Shown: positions 1 through 9,929 of the stretch, piece after piece
Position numbering within the stretch: position 1 is the first letter of the stretch
Layout of the letters: the number at the start of each line of letters is the position of its first letter
Source: a virus
Lineage: Duplodnaviria; Caudoviricetes
Reading direction: 5' to 3' (one strand)
Virus record (IMG/VR): IMGVR_UViG_3300044691_000698
Coordinates: 1 to 55,695 of that record
DNA: 55,695 bases
The notes under the pieces: model-generated
What the model saw: only the letters and a program-made list of their open reading frames with translations
Told to the model about the DNA's origin: nothing
The model's database searches: none
Position numbers and translations under genes: made by a program

Positions 1-127
1 ATGTAAACCACAGAAACCAGTGGAAACCAGTAAAGTGGTTTCCAGTATTCGTCAATGTTTTCGCACACTTTAAGTCCCCTAAAAACAAGGAAACCACTCT
101 ATTACTATATATATATATATATATATA
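1..127. repeat. 127-bp terminal direct repeat (copy at 55569-55695); circular contig overlap
   Basis: Identical sequence at both ends; 127 is a common assembler k-mer. Confidence 0.95.
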
Positions 128-270
128 CAGCTAGGGGCATTTGCGCGGCGGCGATTTCAAAAACAGTGGTTTCACGGTTTCTTAGAAAAAAGATGGTTTA
201 AGTTTATGAAGTTTATTAGGAATACTGTAAACCACTCTGCTGGTTTCCTGTAAATTGGAAAAGTGGTTTC
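5..270. repeat. Putative replication origin: about 11 direct/inverted (G)AAACCAS iterons around a (TA)11 tract
   Basis: AAACCAC/GAAACCAG/GTGGTTTC copies near 5,13,23,35,90,167,176,194,229,240,263; (TA)11 at 106-127; downstream of primase-helicase genes. Confidence 0.65.
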
Positions 271-583
271 TTATTGGCGGTAGAAAAAAGTATAGCGAAG
301 TTAATGCGGTTCATCAGTTTTTGATAACTATACTAACTTCGCTATATTTGTAGAAACTGAGTCGCTTTTTGAAAGCTGTGAGTATGGACGGGAGTTACCA
401 GGGAGATTTTATCATCTTATCAACTAGCTCGGTTAATTTCCGTTTTTCTTCAGCGGGTAGGCGCCAGTACCGATACCTAACCAACCAGTAGCGCCAATCC
501 CATTTCGAGGGTTCAATTTTGACTAATCCAGGCTTAATTTTCTTTAGGCCCACTTTGAATTTCGATGGCTTTTGCATATGTTC

Positions 584-1792
584 CTAGAAGCTGGAATTCC
601 ACTTTCCTATTACTTTAATAACACGTTCTTTACCCTTTGGCTGGGCCATTTGAACAACCGCTGGAAATTTTCCGGCCAGATTCTTGATCTTCTCTCGCCC
701 CGGCATTTTCTTGATGTATTGAAAGCGCGCCCCAATAGCAGCCTTGATTCCCGAGATAGTTACTTCTTGTCCCACTAGTTCGGAGAAATATTCCTCCAAT
801 AAAAATAGTTCCCAGTCAGCCAACCCCGCTTCGAGTACCACGTTATAACGCTCCGACCGGAAAGGCTTTAACATGTTGTTTTTGATTACACGCCCTTTCA
901 GGTATAGGCCAAAGGTTGTAATTGTTTCATCTGAAAGCAGCTCATCCCATCGCCCGTTAATCGTAGAATCCAATAAGCTCTTAGAAGTTAACTGAATTAC
1001 TGAAAAGCGTCGATCGCCTGATTCTATTCGAATGGAATCCATCCGGTTTGACGTAATATAGAAAGACGCTTTGTTATCAATCTCTTCGGCATCGACGCCC
1101 TTCTTTTCAATCTCAATCCGTTCATTCACCATATCCTTTATGCGATCTGCTTCTTCCTTGGAGGTGATTGAAATCTCATCAACATAGATGATCTGTTTAT
1201 TTTTGAGCTGTCCGTTGAACTGATTCTTGAAAATGTTATCCCGAACTTTGGCAAAATTGTGTTGCCCTAACAGGCGTGACATAATTTCCCCGAGCTTACC
1301 TTTACCTACTCCGGGCTCCCCAATCGCAGCAAGAATAGTAAAGTTCCGGGACTCCATTGCTGTCTTCAGCCAATCAAGAATGTACTCTTTGCTTTCAGTA
1401 TGCCCGTCCGTTAAGTGATCCAAATACTCAGTAATGATAACAGGCGGCGCATCCGGGCTTACAGGAAAGGGAAGATTGAAATAAAGATTATCCTTCTTCC
1501 AGAACGGCGGAATATATGTATTGAACAGCTCTTCCCCAAGCCGGTCTTTCTTAACTACCCAGTTGTTATTAGGATCATAAACAAACCGCGCTACTGAGAC
1601 CATCGTAGCTCTATACAACTCGAGTTCGGCTTTCTCCAACAGCAGGGGTAGGGATTTGTCAGGAATTCCAAACTCCACATCCCCATTCCTGAGATCCAGC
1701 AGCGCAGTTTCGTCAGGATTTTTGATATTTCGGATGAAGCTCGATCCGAGTAGCTTAGTCTTCCAACCGATGTTTTTATCAATCGCGCTCAT
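584..1792 (-). CDS. Primase-associated helicase (DUF5906/NrS-1-like P-loop)
   Basis: Walker A GEPGVGKG, Walker B IIYVDE, ITSN and DRRF motifs. Confidence 0.85.
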   Translation of the reverse strand: MSAIDKNIGWKTKLLGSSFIRNIKNPDETALLDLRNGDVEFGIPDKSLPLLLEKAELELYRATMVSVARFVYDPNNNWVVKKDRLGEELFNTYIPPFWKKDNLYFNLPFPVSPDAPPVIITEYLDHLTDGHTESKEYILDWLKTAMESRNFTILAAIGEPGVGKGKLGEIMSRLLGQHNFAKVRDNIFKNQFNGQLKNKQIIYVDEISITSKEEADRIKDMVNERIEIEKKGVDAEEIDNKASFYITSNRMDSIRIESGDRRFSVIQLTSKSLLDSTINGRWDELLSDETITTFGLYLKGRVIKNNMLKPFRSERYNVVLEAGLADWELFLLEEYFSELVGQEVTISGIKAAIGARFQYIKKMPGREKIKNLAGKFPAVVQMAQPKGKERVIKVIGKWNSSF

Positions 1793-2250
1793 ACTGATTC
1801 CCCAATCTTAAAAAAGCCGCACCGACAGCCAAGCCAAGCGTTTGGTCCTCGGAAGTCGCAGTCGCAGGAAGTTTTTTCTTCCGTCACTACAGGATTGGAG
1901 GCATAAGCCCAATCTACTACTCCATAGGAGGGCGCGTATCCCAATCCGGATGCCAGGATCTGTTGAGCGCTTTGTAAAATTTGTTGAGGTACTAGTGGTT
2001 GTTGTTGTTGTTGAAAGTATTTCTGCGAATTGATTGCCGGAATTCCGAAAAGATTCGAAGGCGTCGAAACTAATTCCCACCCCAGAAGAACATCACCATC
2101 GGAACCCACATAGCCCTTGTCACACAAACCAGCGAGTTCTTTCTGACTATGAACGGTAATAGGCACAGTCGGAGCACCGCTTTTCCATTTTGATTTCATT
2201 TCAAAGGGTAGGTGCCCGGCCAGCTGTAAAACTTCGGCTTTGGTAAACAT
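1789..2250 (-). CDS. Hypothetical protein with Gln-rich linker and C-terminal Cys cluster
   Basis: Coupled between primase and helicase genes. Confidence 0.6.
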   Translation of the reverse strand: MFTKAEVLQLAGHLPFEMKSKWKSGAPTVPITVHSQKELAGLCDKGYVGSDGDVLLGWELVSTPSNLFGIPAINSQKYFQQQQQPLVPQQILQSAQQILASGLGYAPSYGVVDWAYASNPVVTEEKTSCDCDFRGPNAWLGCRCGFFKIGESV

Positions 2251-3104
2251 TACTTAATCTCCTTCACAAAAACAGCCCCATTGCTGATTGCGCCGTGCAA
2301 GCCTGACAGCGGAATTTCCTGCACAGCTCCATCCGGCGTTCGGACGCGCACAGTTTCAGTAGAAAGTATTTGGTTATTCTGCGCTGGCTTGCGGCAAACG
2401 AACCTTGCAAGATCTTCAATCTTGGTAGACGAAATAGTTTCATCAATCTCACACTGATTATCCACGAATCCCTGGAGCGCGATCAGAATTGACTCATAGG
2501 CCCAGCCCCAAGTTCTCATCCGACCGGCGAATTTCCGGAGCTTATCCCAGCGGCCATCTCCAGCGCCTAGAAATAATTCTTCGCCATTCTCTACAAAATT
2601 TGTTTTCTCAACATTCTTGTGAGTCAGTATAAAATCAATCAGCGCTTGCGGAGCTACTGCAATACCCTCCGAGGGACTGCGCTCCCAAGCATATTGAGTT
2701 CCATTAGGATGTATGGACGGCGGCAGTACGATGTATCCAGTCGCTGCCATAATATCCACGCCCTTTAGAATATTAAGGCGCGTAGGAGGCGGCGGCCCGA
2801 CCGGAAGCGCAAACAGCAAGTGCATACCTCCTCCTCCCGTCTTAGCTCTAGCTGTTTCTGGCAAGGCGCCTGTAAAAGATTCAACTGCTTCTAAAGAACC
2901 ACCTTTATGGAGATCCAAATCAACAGCTATGATTCGTGATGGACCTGTCGAAAGCCCCCAATTGCTCTCAGGAGACTGCGCTTTCCACCAAACATAATCA
3001 TTAGTCGCATCCTTGAAGCCATTAGCCGTAGCAGGCGCTTTTGATCGCGGCAGCAATGGAAACAGATACCAACCTAGATCTGAGTAAAGCTTAAAATCGT
3101 TCAT
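2250..3104 (-). CDS. Bifunctional primase-polymerase (Prim-Pol domain + PriCT-like)
   Basis: FPL..SKAP..NGFKDAT, VDLD, TGGGGMH, GYIVLPPSIHPNG motifs. Confidence 0.9.
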   Translation of the reverse strand: MNDFKLYSDLGWYLFPLLPRSKAPATANGFKDATNDYVWWKAQSPESNWGLSTGPSRIIAVDLDLHKGGSLEAVESFTGALPETARAKTGGGGMHLLFALPVGPPPPTRLNILKGVDIMAATGYIVLPPSIHPNGTQYAWERSPSEGIAVAPQALIDFILTHKNVEKTNFVENGEELFLGAGDGRWDKLRKFAGRMRTWGWAYESILIALQGFVDNQCEIDETISSTKIEDLARFVCRKPAQNNQILSTETVRVRTPDGAVQEIPLSGLHGAISNGAVFVKEIK

Positions 3105-3141
3105 GCATGAATTATCTCACACAAAATAAAAATTGTACATT

Positions 3142-3178
3142 CAATAATTATTGCTTTTATAATTTTATCTGATATAAT
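3142..3178 (+). promoter_or_regulatory. Palindromic operator CAATAATTATTG overlapping sigma70-like promoter TTGCTT-N16-TATAAT in a divergent intergenic region
   Basis: Perfect palindrome 3142-3153; extended -10 TGATATAAT. Confidence 0.65.
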
Positions 3179-3246
3179 AAATAACGAATGGAACGAGCGC
3201 GTAAAGCTATTTTGTTTTTCTATCACGATTAATTGGGAGTTAACTA

Positions 3247-3540
3247 ATGTGTAATTTAGATTCGCTCTTTTTGAAAATATATTTTGGATTCATGGCCATA
3301 CTTATTATTTTCTGTTTTTCAGTAGTATTTTACCTGATTGTGATCGATTCGCTACGTGGGCTTTTCAGAAGTATAAAAGCTATAAAAGCTAGAAAGCATC
3401 AAGAGCTAGTAGAACGTTTATCAGATAGTTTCGCCGCTCGTAGCTTCGTCAACCAGCACGAATCTAACATCAACTTCTTATTGAAGTCTTTTCGAGAAAT
3501 CGAAGCTAAATTAGCTGCCAACAAAAAGGGGAAGAAGTGA
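3247..3540 (+). CDS. Membrane-anchored hypothetical protein
   Basis: N-terminal hydrophobic helix; SD upstream; coupled to next gene. Confidence 0.6.
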   Translation: MCNLDSLFLKIYFGFMAILIIFCFSVVFYLIVIDSLRGLFRSIKAIKARKHQELVERLSDSFAARSFVNQHESNINFLLKSFREIEAKLAANKKGKK

Positions 3541-4001
3541 AATCAAACCTCGCAGTTCATTTTAGTTCTAAATCGAATGATTGGGCCACGCCGCAATGGT
3601 TGTTTGATGAACTGAATGCGAAATATGGCCCTCTCGCTCTGGATGTTTGTAGTTCTAATGGCAATGGAAAATGCCCATTTAATATTGAATACCCGCGCAG
3701 CAATGGGTTGGAATTGTCGTGGACTAAATTTGGCAATCGAACTGCCTGGATGAACCCTCCGTATGGTCGTGAAATTGGAAAGTGGGTAAAGAAAGCTTAT
3801 GAAGAATCTCAAAAAGGTTGCCTTGTTGTCTGTCTATTGCCTTCTAGGACTGACACTAAATGGTTTCATAATTATATCTACAACAAACAAAACGTTGCAG
3901 TGCAGTTTATTAGCGGCCGTCTTAAGTTTGGCGCTGCTGTCAATAGTGCGCCCTTTCCGTCGATGGTAGTTGTTTTTAATCCACCCAAGGAAAAAGCATG
4001 A
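3537..4001 (+). CDS. Phage N6-adenine DNA methyltransferase (Dam family)
   Basis: DWATP, LDVC, WMNPPY, LLPSRTDTKWFH, GRLKF motifs. Confidence 0.9.
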   Translation: MKSNLAVHFSSKSNDWATPQWLFDELNAKYGPLALDVCSSNGNGKCPFNIEYPRSNGLELSWTKFGNRTAWMNPPYGREIGKWVKKAYEESQKGCLVVCLLPSRTDTKWFHNYIYNKQNVAVQFISGRLKFGAAVNSAPFPSMVVVFNPPKEKA

Positions 4002-5212
4002 GTGACAAACTACAGATTGAACTGTGTTTAGAACGCGCAGGCACTGGGGATTTAATCCGGCATGAAATATCTTACGGCGCTGTGCTGAGTGATCTCATGG
4101 CGCTTCAAGCGCGAATTGAAAGTTTAGAAAAACAATTAAAGGAAAAGGAATGAGTCCTTGGCATGTCATTACGCTGGAAGATTTCGAGCACGAGCTCGGG
4201 TTACACAACAACAGCGCTGTCGATAATCGGTTACGCCGTAGAATATTGAAATGCTCATTGTGTCCACCTAATCGGAAAGAAAACGCTAAGCATTCAGGGA
4301 AGCCTAAAACAAAACCTAAATATAAGGACAAACGAAAATGATTCTAGCAATCGCAGTCTATTTAATAATCGGACTATGCTACAGCTCGTGGATGGCTTTT
4401 ATGATGTTGAAGTTAGAACCAGAAATCCAATGTGCATTAGTAGGCACGCCTGAAGAGCATCACATCGCTGTTTTGTTAATTGCTCTTGGAATTGCTGTAT
4501 TTACTTGGTTCCCGGACGTGTTGCGAATTCTTTTCATGAAATTGCGCGGAGCTATTAAATGAAACTGCTTAAATTAATTGATCGTTTGATTGAGATTCAA
4601 AATATGGAACGCGACTATCCCGCTGACGAAATAGAGGTAGAACTTTTTATTGATGCAGCCGACCTACAACTACAATTTCCTTTAAATGATATTGCCGTCA
4701 GTCACTCTACCAAAACAGTGATTATGATTTCCGAACAGCCAGAGGGAGATACGGAATGAATTCACATCAGCGACGAGTTAATCGGCGTCTAGCTGCTAGG
4801 ACTCTCTATAAAATAAACGAAGTGTTTAAAGCATATTATGGGTCACCAATCGCGGGCCTTGTTCATGAATCTATTGTTTTTGGGCCTTGGACTAACAATC
4901 AAGGCGTGGAAGATCAGGAAGGAGATAAGGAATGAGTTTCGGAAGCGCCTTCGTGTTGCTGCTAGGACTGGTATCATCGATCGTTTTAATAGGAATGATG
5001 TTTTTATGATTTCTAGACCTAATAAGAATCCGTCAATAGAGCCAGATGAATATGAATTTGTTCTGTCCTACAAACCAGGCTTCCCCGATAGTGCTGTTTA
5101 TATCAAAGTGTTTTTATCAAAAGCTGCGCTTGATAGAGCTAAACTTGGATTTATTTTCGAGCATGCGATTTCAGAATTATTAAAAAAAGCGAAGGAAAAA
5201 ATAAATGAGTAA
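3998..5212 (+). other. Run of small coupled hypothetical genes (3998-4153, 4150-4341, 4338-4562, 4559-4759, 4756-4935, 4932-5009, 5006-5212)
   Basis: Consecutive ATGA stop/start overlaps; the listed 4838 start is probably spurious. Confidence 0.6.
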
Positions 5213-5480
5213 ATTCAAGATTGGCGATCGCGTTGCTGTTTATGTTTTGGATAGACATTTAGAAAATCGTCGCGTAATTGCGACCGTTACTCAGGTTTTA
5301 CCTAACGGACAATTATATACAGATCAAGAAGATACGAAAGACTTTGATGTTTCAATGGTGCATCCAAAGCATTGTCGCTTACTGAAACCTAAAAAGAAAC
5401 CCCGTTCGGTCTGGATTTACAATGGTCCGATCTTTGTCTCGTTCACAGAATTCGTTGAAAACCGAAAGGTGAGCAAATGA
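5205..5480 (+). CDS. KOW/SH3-like small protein, paralog 1
   Basis: KFKIGDRV...HPxxCRLLKPK..VWI...EFVE shared with next gene. Confidence 0.7.
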   Translation: MSKFKIGDRVAVYVLDRHLENRRVIATVTQVLPNGQLYTDQEDTKDFDVSMVHPKHCRLLKPKKKPRSVWIYNGPIFVSFTEFVENRKVSK

Positions 5481-5854
5481 AATTCAAAGTAGGCGATCGC
5501 GTTAGGGTATATGGCGCTGTTGCTCCTAAAGACGGTGGTTCGGTTAAATATGCGGAAGGAGAAAAAGGCAGAATAGTTTTCATCGAGCCTAACGGAAGTA
5601 TGGAGCTGTTTATGGATTTGTCTTTTACCGATGTTTATTTATTGAATCCTAACAGCCTTAATGAAATTCATCCGAGGCAGTGCCGGCTACTAAAACCTAA
5701 GGCAAAGCCTAAATCAGTTTGGATTTCTCCTGAATACCTAAACACACCCGATGATTGCGCGGACTCCGATTGCACGAGCGTTCATAATATTATTTCGAAA
5801 AGTGCTACCTCAGTGTGGGTGGAATTCGTCGAAAAGCGAAAGGGAAAGAAATGA
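5477..5854 (+). CDS. KOW/SH3-like small protein, paralog 2
   Basis: Same motifs as 5205-5480. Confidence 0.7.
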   Translation: MKFKVGDRVRVYGAVAPKDGGSVKYAEGEKGRIVFIEPNGSMELFMDLSFTDVYLLNPNSLNEIHPRQCRLLKPKAKPKSVWISPEYLNTPDDCADSDCTSVHNIISKSATSVWVEFVEKRKGKK

Positions 5855-6201
5855 TTCATTACTTTATGGGAATTACCTTATCCCTGTTTTGTATGGCGCC
5901 AGTTGTATTTTTTCTTGGTCGCCGACAACAACTTAGAAAACGAAAGGTCAGATTCTCAGAAGTTAAGCAACTACGAGCGCGTCTCAAACTACGCGAGAAA
6001 GATGTCGATTCGTTTGCCGAGTTGAATTCCAGTCTCCTAGATGAAGTAGCTGCGCTCAGGGTCGAGAACGCGATTCTTAGCAACCGTACTGCAATTGAGC
6101 AGGATCTGACTGAAAAATTCCGCGATAGAGTAAAGGAACTCGAAACCCACATTAAACAATATCGAATTAGCCCTCGTGAAACAAAGGCAGAAAAGAAATA
6201 A
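5851..6201 (+). CDS. Membrane-anchored coiled-coil protein
   Basis: ATGA coupling at 5851; TM then heptads. Confidence 0.6.
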   Translation: MIHYFMGITLSLFCMAPVVFFLGRRQQLRKRKVRFSEVKQLRARLKLREKDVDSFAELNSSLLDEVAALRVENAILSNRTAIEQDLTEKFRDRVKELETHIKQYRISPRETKAEKK

Positions 6202-6257
6202 TTTCAGTTAATAGCGAAACTAAAGTCTTGAGGCATTTCTTACGATAAGAATTTAAT

Positions 6258-6527
6258 ATGAAACTGACTATTATTTTAGCCATTTCTCTTTTACTAGGCG
6301 CTTGCGGTTCCGTTTATGAAGGGCTCGCGGGCAGTTATACCAATACAGCAGATCAAACTGAAACCCTTACTCTGAAAGCAGACAAGACTTTCTCTGATAC
6401 CGGACATGGCGGGTTTTCCGGAACCTACAGCGTTTCCGGCGATACCATTACTTTCGTTAGTCCAGGCATTTCGCTTAATACCCGAAAATTAGGTTCAAAT
6501 GGAATAGAAGGCTACCGCAAAATTTAA
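6258..6527 (+). CDS. Small lipoprotein (moron; possible exclusion protein)
   Basis: Lipobox LLLGA-C. Confidence 0.7.
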   Translation: MKLTIILAISLLLGACGSVYEGLAGSYTNTADQTETLTLKADKTFSDTGHGGFSGTYSVSGDTITFVSPGISLNTRKLGSNGIEGYRKI

Positions 6528-6766
6528 GCGTTTTCCTTTTCCTCATCTTTTGCAGTGTCACTGGCTGTTTTTTTTAATTTGTCGTGTTCGTCGCTGTCTA
6601 TCGAGAGCTGCATAAGATTCTCAATAACTGCGCTTACGGACACGTCGCCGCAGATTGTCTTGAATCGCGCATAAATACCAGGATCCAAACTGAAGGTAAA
6701 TCTTTCTTTATTCTGTTTATTGAGAGTTTCCAGTAGCTTGCTAAAATTGAACTCAATCAGCGGCAT
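6524..6766 (-). CDS. Ribbon-helix-helix DNA-binding protein
   Basis: RFTFSLD strand, helix, SVSAVIENLM pattern; AGGAG SD. Confidence 0.65.
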   Translation of the reverse strand: MPLIEFNFSKLLETLNKQNKERFTFSLDPGIYARFKTICGDVSVSAVIENLMQLSIDSDEHDKLKKTASDTAKDEEKENA

Positions 6767-7073
6767 GAATTGCTCCTAAAGTCAATCATTCATTGAAGTT
6801 AACAACGCGATGCATAAATTAGTATGGCTTTAGTTACGAATTTCTGTCATAATATAATAAGATTCTAACTCTCAATCATTGATCTTCCATCGCCACAATT
6901 GAACGTTTTCTGAAGTGGAGATTATATGAAAATACTCAAATTGAATAATAGTGTGTACAAAATAGTATACCAAACCGTTTCCGGGTCGCGGTACAAAATG
7001 TACAGCCATGTTTCCGGTCCACGCTTTTCAAGCAGCGACTGGTATGTCATTTTAATGAAAAAGTAGATTGTTA

Positions 7074-7298
7074 CTACGCGCGGGGGATCTTTTTCTTTAG
7101 CCGCTCGTTGAATCTTATTATAAAATCCTCAAGCAGAGTACTTGCAGCGACTTCTAGCTCCTCGCAATTGTTTAGAAATTGTTTCCATTCCGAATCCACC
7201 ACATACAGCGAGTGTCGCGTTCTGCCTTTCCTTTTCTTTTGACGCGGAATCTTAATGAGCTTGTCGAGGTCCATTTTTTTACCATAACGTTTTCTCAT
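7074..7298 (-). CDS. Ribbon-helix-helix DNA-binding protein
   Basis: RTRHSLYV...WKQF..C...ASTLLEDFI; start reassigned to 7298. Confidence 0.65.
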   Translation of the reverse strand: MRKRYGKKMDLDKLIKIPRQKKRKGRTRHSLYVVDSEWKQFLNNCEELEVAASTLLEDFIIRFNERLKKKIPRA

Positions 7299-7362
7299 GT
7301 GTTGATTATATGATGAAATTGTGTTGACTGGCTTACACAGGGTGTCATACCAGCTAGTTATT

Positions 7363-7820
7363 ATGGATATGCATTTGGTTGAGGAATGCAAAATATTAAA
7401 GGAGAGACTAAAGCGAGCAGAGGCTGCTGGTAACCGTCTGCGAGTCTTTGAATTGAAGCAGGAGTTGGAGTTTTTAGAGCGGAACTTTCCAGAGGAGTGC
7501 AAGGATGGACACGACGCTGAACGACCTAGTCCTACAGATAAACCAAGCTAAGCGTGATTATGAAAAATGGAAACGGTTGCGGGATCTTCGCAAAATGAGA
7601 GAGCTAACATCACAGTTGAAAAACTTTATTGCTACACTTGGTGGAGAAGATCCACCCAAAGCGGGGTAGGCAGTTGAAAGAACTAGATACATTAATGTGG
7701 AAAATAAACGAGATTAGGCTGAAGTATGAAAAGTATTCCAAGCTCGAGGATCTTGAAAAGCTACAGCATCTCAGAAAACAGCTCATTGATTTATTAAAAA
7801 AGCCTAAGACTCAATTATGA
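7363..7820 (+). other. Three tandem small helical-hairpin proteins (7363-7551, 7505-7669, 7674-7820)
   Basis: Second and third share L..L...IN.....YEK...L.DL.K...L..QL. Confidence 0.55.
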
Positions 7821-8886
7821 GTTTTAAGGTTTCTTCATAATCTTTCTTGGTACGATCAGGTGATCGATGCCCCAGCCACGCGCTTATTTCATAAATACTT
7901 CTCTTTTTAGAACGCATCAAGGAAACAAAGCCCTTCCGTCCGCCGTACGTCTTGGCGCTAGGTTTGATATATTTTCTAATAGTTTGGTTCAACGGTCGAT
8001 CAAACCTGCCCGCTTCGATTAAGGCGGATGCCTTTTGCTGTTCGGGGAAAAGAACCGGAATCAGTTTCCATCTTTCCTCCTTCTTTAAGGAGATAAGTTT
8101 GGGTTGATAAATCATGAGAACTTTGTATCCATCCTGGGTAATAACCTTCCACGTTTTTTTATTTGATAATTGATCTATCTCGTGTGGTCGTAGCCCAAAC
8201 CAGATGGATACAAACAGCCAATTATACTGCTCTGGCGAGAAATCATCTTTGGAGTTTTCTAATTCGTCGGGTGTGATGGGCGCTGATTTGTTTCCATCAC
8301 TTTTCTCATAAAAGCTATCGGTTATTCGTTCTTTTGCGCGTCCACGAGGAACCGGAATAGGCAGATAAGGTTTCCCAGTCTTTTTCGCTAAAAAGAACCC
8401 CCACTTATTGATCATACTCAGAAGACGTTGAACATAATCGGCACTGAACCCTCTGTCAGTAAAGAGCTTATAAAAAACAGCAGGGAATTCGTTCCAATCT
8501 TCTAATGGAAGTTCAACCTTAACCAGAATTCTCCGGGTAGCACGCCATTGGTGGAGAACACGCTCGGTATCTTGATCGGCCGCTTTGAGGAGAAGTCTCT
8601 TTTCAAACTCAGAGGCGAAAGGTTCCGGCAGTCGAGACGAAAGCTCTAGATCTTCTGTTTTTAATCGAACTTGGATTTTTTGACGGCTTTTTTCGGCGTT
8701 CTTTAGTCTCTCAGTGGCTGACAGAGACTGCGCCCATGCTGTTGCCTCCAGTATAGTCATGTCTGGCTTGAAACCCAAAACAGCCCATTCGGTCTTAGGC
8801 ACGACCCGCTGCAGCCGGACCCCTTTTTCACGAATATCGAACACGAGGTTCCAGGAACGTTTGAATTTACGAACACTATAGGCCAT
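7804..8886 (-). CDS. int: Tyrosine integrase
   Basis: GLRPHE, K, YGGR (in place of HxxR), LGH, C-terminal Y; next to tRNA-like attP core. Confidence 0.9.
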   Translation of the reverse strand: MAYSVRKFKRSWNLVFDIREKGVRLQRVVPKTEWAVLGFKPDMTILEATAWAQSLSATERLKNAEKSRQKIQVRLKTEDLELSSRLPEPFASEFEKRLLLKAADQDTERVLHQWRATRRILVKVELPLEDWNEFPAVFYKLFTDRGFSADYVQRLLSMINKWGFFLAKKTGKPYLPIPVPRGRAKERITDSFYEKSDGNKSAPITPDELENSKDDFSPEQYNWLFVSIWFGLRPHEIDQLSNKKTWKVITQDGYKVLMIYQPKLISLKKEERWKLIPVLFPEQQKASALIEAGRFDRPLNQTIRKYIKPSAKTYGGRKGFVSLMRSKKRSIYEISAWLGHRSPDRTKKDYEETLKLIIES

Positions 8887-8926
8887 ATCACTCTCCGTAT
8901 CGGCAGATTAGCGGCAAGTCCTATAG

Positions 8927-8947
8927 TGGTGACTTTTTACGTCACCA
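8927..8947. promoter_or_regulatory. 7-7-7 inverted repeat TGGTGAC-N7-GTCACCA, candidate integrase-binding site
   Basis: Between int start and attP core. Confidence 0.45.
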
Positions 8948-8983
8948 AAGTCGTCTAAGTTATTGATATTATTACAAACAGAT

Positions 8984-9011
8984 AGCCGACGACCGGACTT
9001 GAACCGGTGAC
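8984..9011 (-). other. attP core matching 3' end of a tRNA (probably tRNA-Thr)
   Basis: Minus strand GTCACCGGTTCAAGTCCGGTCGTCGGCT = T-arm + acceptor 3' strand + U73; no 5' half present. Confidence 0.8.
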
Positions 9012-9046
9012 GCAGTGTACTAGATTAGTGAAAAAAAACAAGTTTT

Positions 9047-9316
9047 TTATTCCTCGCCCTTTTTGCCTAGAAAGTTTGAACCTTTGTAAGGAACTACTTC
9101 CTTTGATCCGTCTTTCATTTTGAATTCAATATGTGCTCGTGAATATCCATCACGGCTCCAGTTAGAGCCGATTAACCGGAAGCTGCTTTTAGAAATCAGT
9201 TTTTGCATAGGAGTCTTACAAACTTCACAGGGTTCTTCGTTAGCCATCCTGCTGACGGGCTTCATAATCTCAGTCTGCGTTTGGCATTTCTCGCACGCAT
9301 ATTCATAAATAGGCAT
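9047..9316 (-). CDS. FmdB-family zinc-ribbon protein
   Basis: MPIYEYxCxxC...CxxC..MQKLIS...GSNW signature. Confidence 0.9.
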   Translation of the reverse strand: MPIYEYACEKCQTQTEIMKPVSRMANEEPCEVCKTPMQKLISKSSFRLIGSNWSRDGYSRAHIEFKMKDGSKEVVPYKGSNFLGKKGEE

Positions 9317-9333
9317 TTCAACTCCTTCCTGTT

Positions 9334-9385
9334 AGTATATTATAGTTGCAATAATATTGCAAATTCAATAATTATCAGCTATACT
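9334..9385. promoter_or_regulatory. Overlapping divergent sigma70 promoters, both TTGCAA-N17-TATACT, containing operator copies
   Basis: Rightward 9357-9385; leftward 9362-9334; CAATAATATTG 9349, CAATAATTATC 9366. Confidence 0.7.
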
Positions 9386-9392
9386 ACAAGGA

Positions 9393-9929
9393 ATGAAGAC
9401 GTATGCTGGAGATTTAATGGAAGGTCCGGAAGGTCAAACGCACGTTGGCTGTGTCATCTTCAAGCGCAGATTTGAAAATAGAAAAAAGTCTACAGAGCCT
9501 GTTTTAAAAACAGATAGAAAGGCAAAGACGGCTGCAAGCATGTGTATTGTGGCTAACTGTTTAGACGAGGTAGCGTACAAAAAACGATGTCACAAGCACG
9601 CAGAAAAGACCAAACCGTCTACCAAGAAAGCTGCCAGGACATATATAGACTACGACTATATAGGCGCCTTGTCCTTCGAACATAGAAATTGGTTATGCCA
9701 ATTTACCGAGTCCTACTACCACAACCAGCCGGTTTCTCTGACAGTTTCGAAGGTGATGAAGTTACTGGACTACGGGGCTGACAATGCAAGAAGGCGTTGT
9801 GTTGAACTAACACTTTGTTCCAGCGTTGACCCAATCAACAGCAAATTAACCCACGTACCGCGCGAGTTTTACGTTAGGCTTTTCGATTTTTTCTCTCCCA
9901 TTGATCGGCGGTTATATGCCCGGCGCTAA
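9393..9929 (+). CDS. Cys/His-rich protein, paralog 1 (possible late regulator)
   Basis: GDLMEG.EGQTHVGC, YIDYDY, RRRCV shared with next gene. Confidence 0.7.
   Translation: MKTYAGDLMEGPEGQTHVGCVIFKRRFENRKKSTEPVLKTDRKAKTAASMCIVANCLDEVAYKKRCHKHAEKTKPSTKKAARTYIDYDYIGALSFEHRNWLCQFTESYYHNQPVSLTVSKVMKLLDYGADNARRRCVELTLCSSVDPINSKLTHVPREFYVRLFDFFSPIDRRLYARR

Noticed and set aside
4932-5212. Poly-T slippage fusing a TM peptide to 5006-5212
   Set aside because: Only five T; ordinary ATGA coupling explains it equally well
6220-6248. sigma28-like promoter CTAAAG...ACGATAA before the lipoprotein
   Set aside because: Single instance, spacing one base long, mismatched -10
1-8886. Separate satellite/PICI bounded by the two recombinases
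   Set aside because: Shares the operator and KFKIGDRV paralogs with the rest and supplies the only primase/helicase
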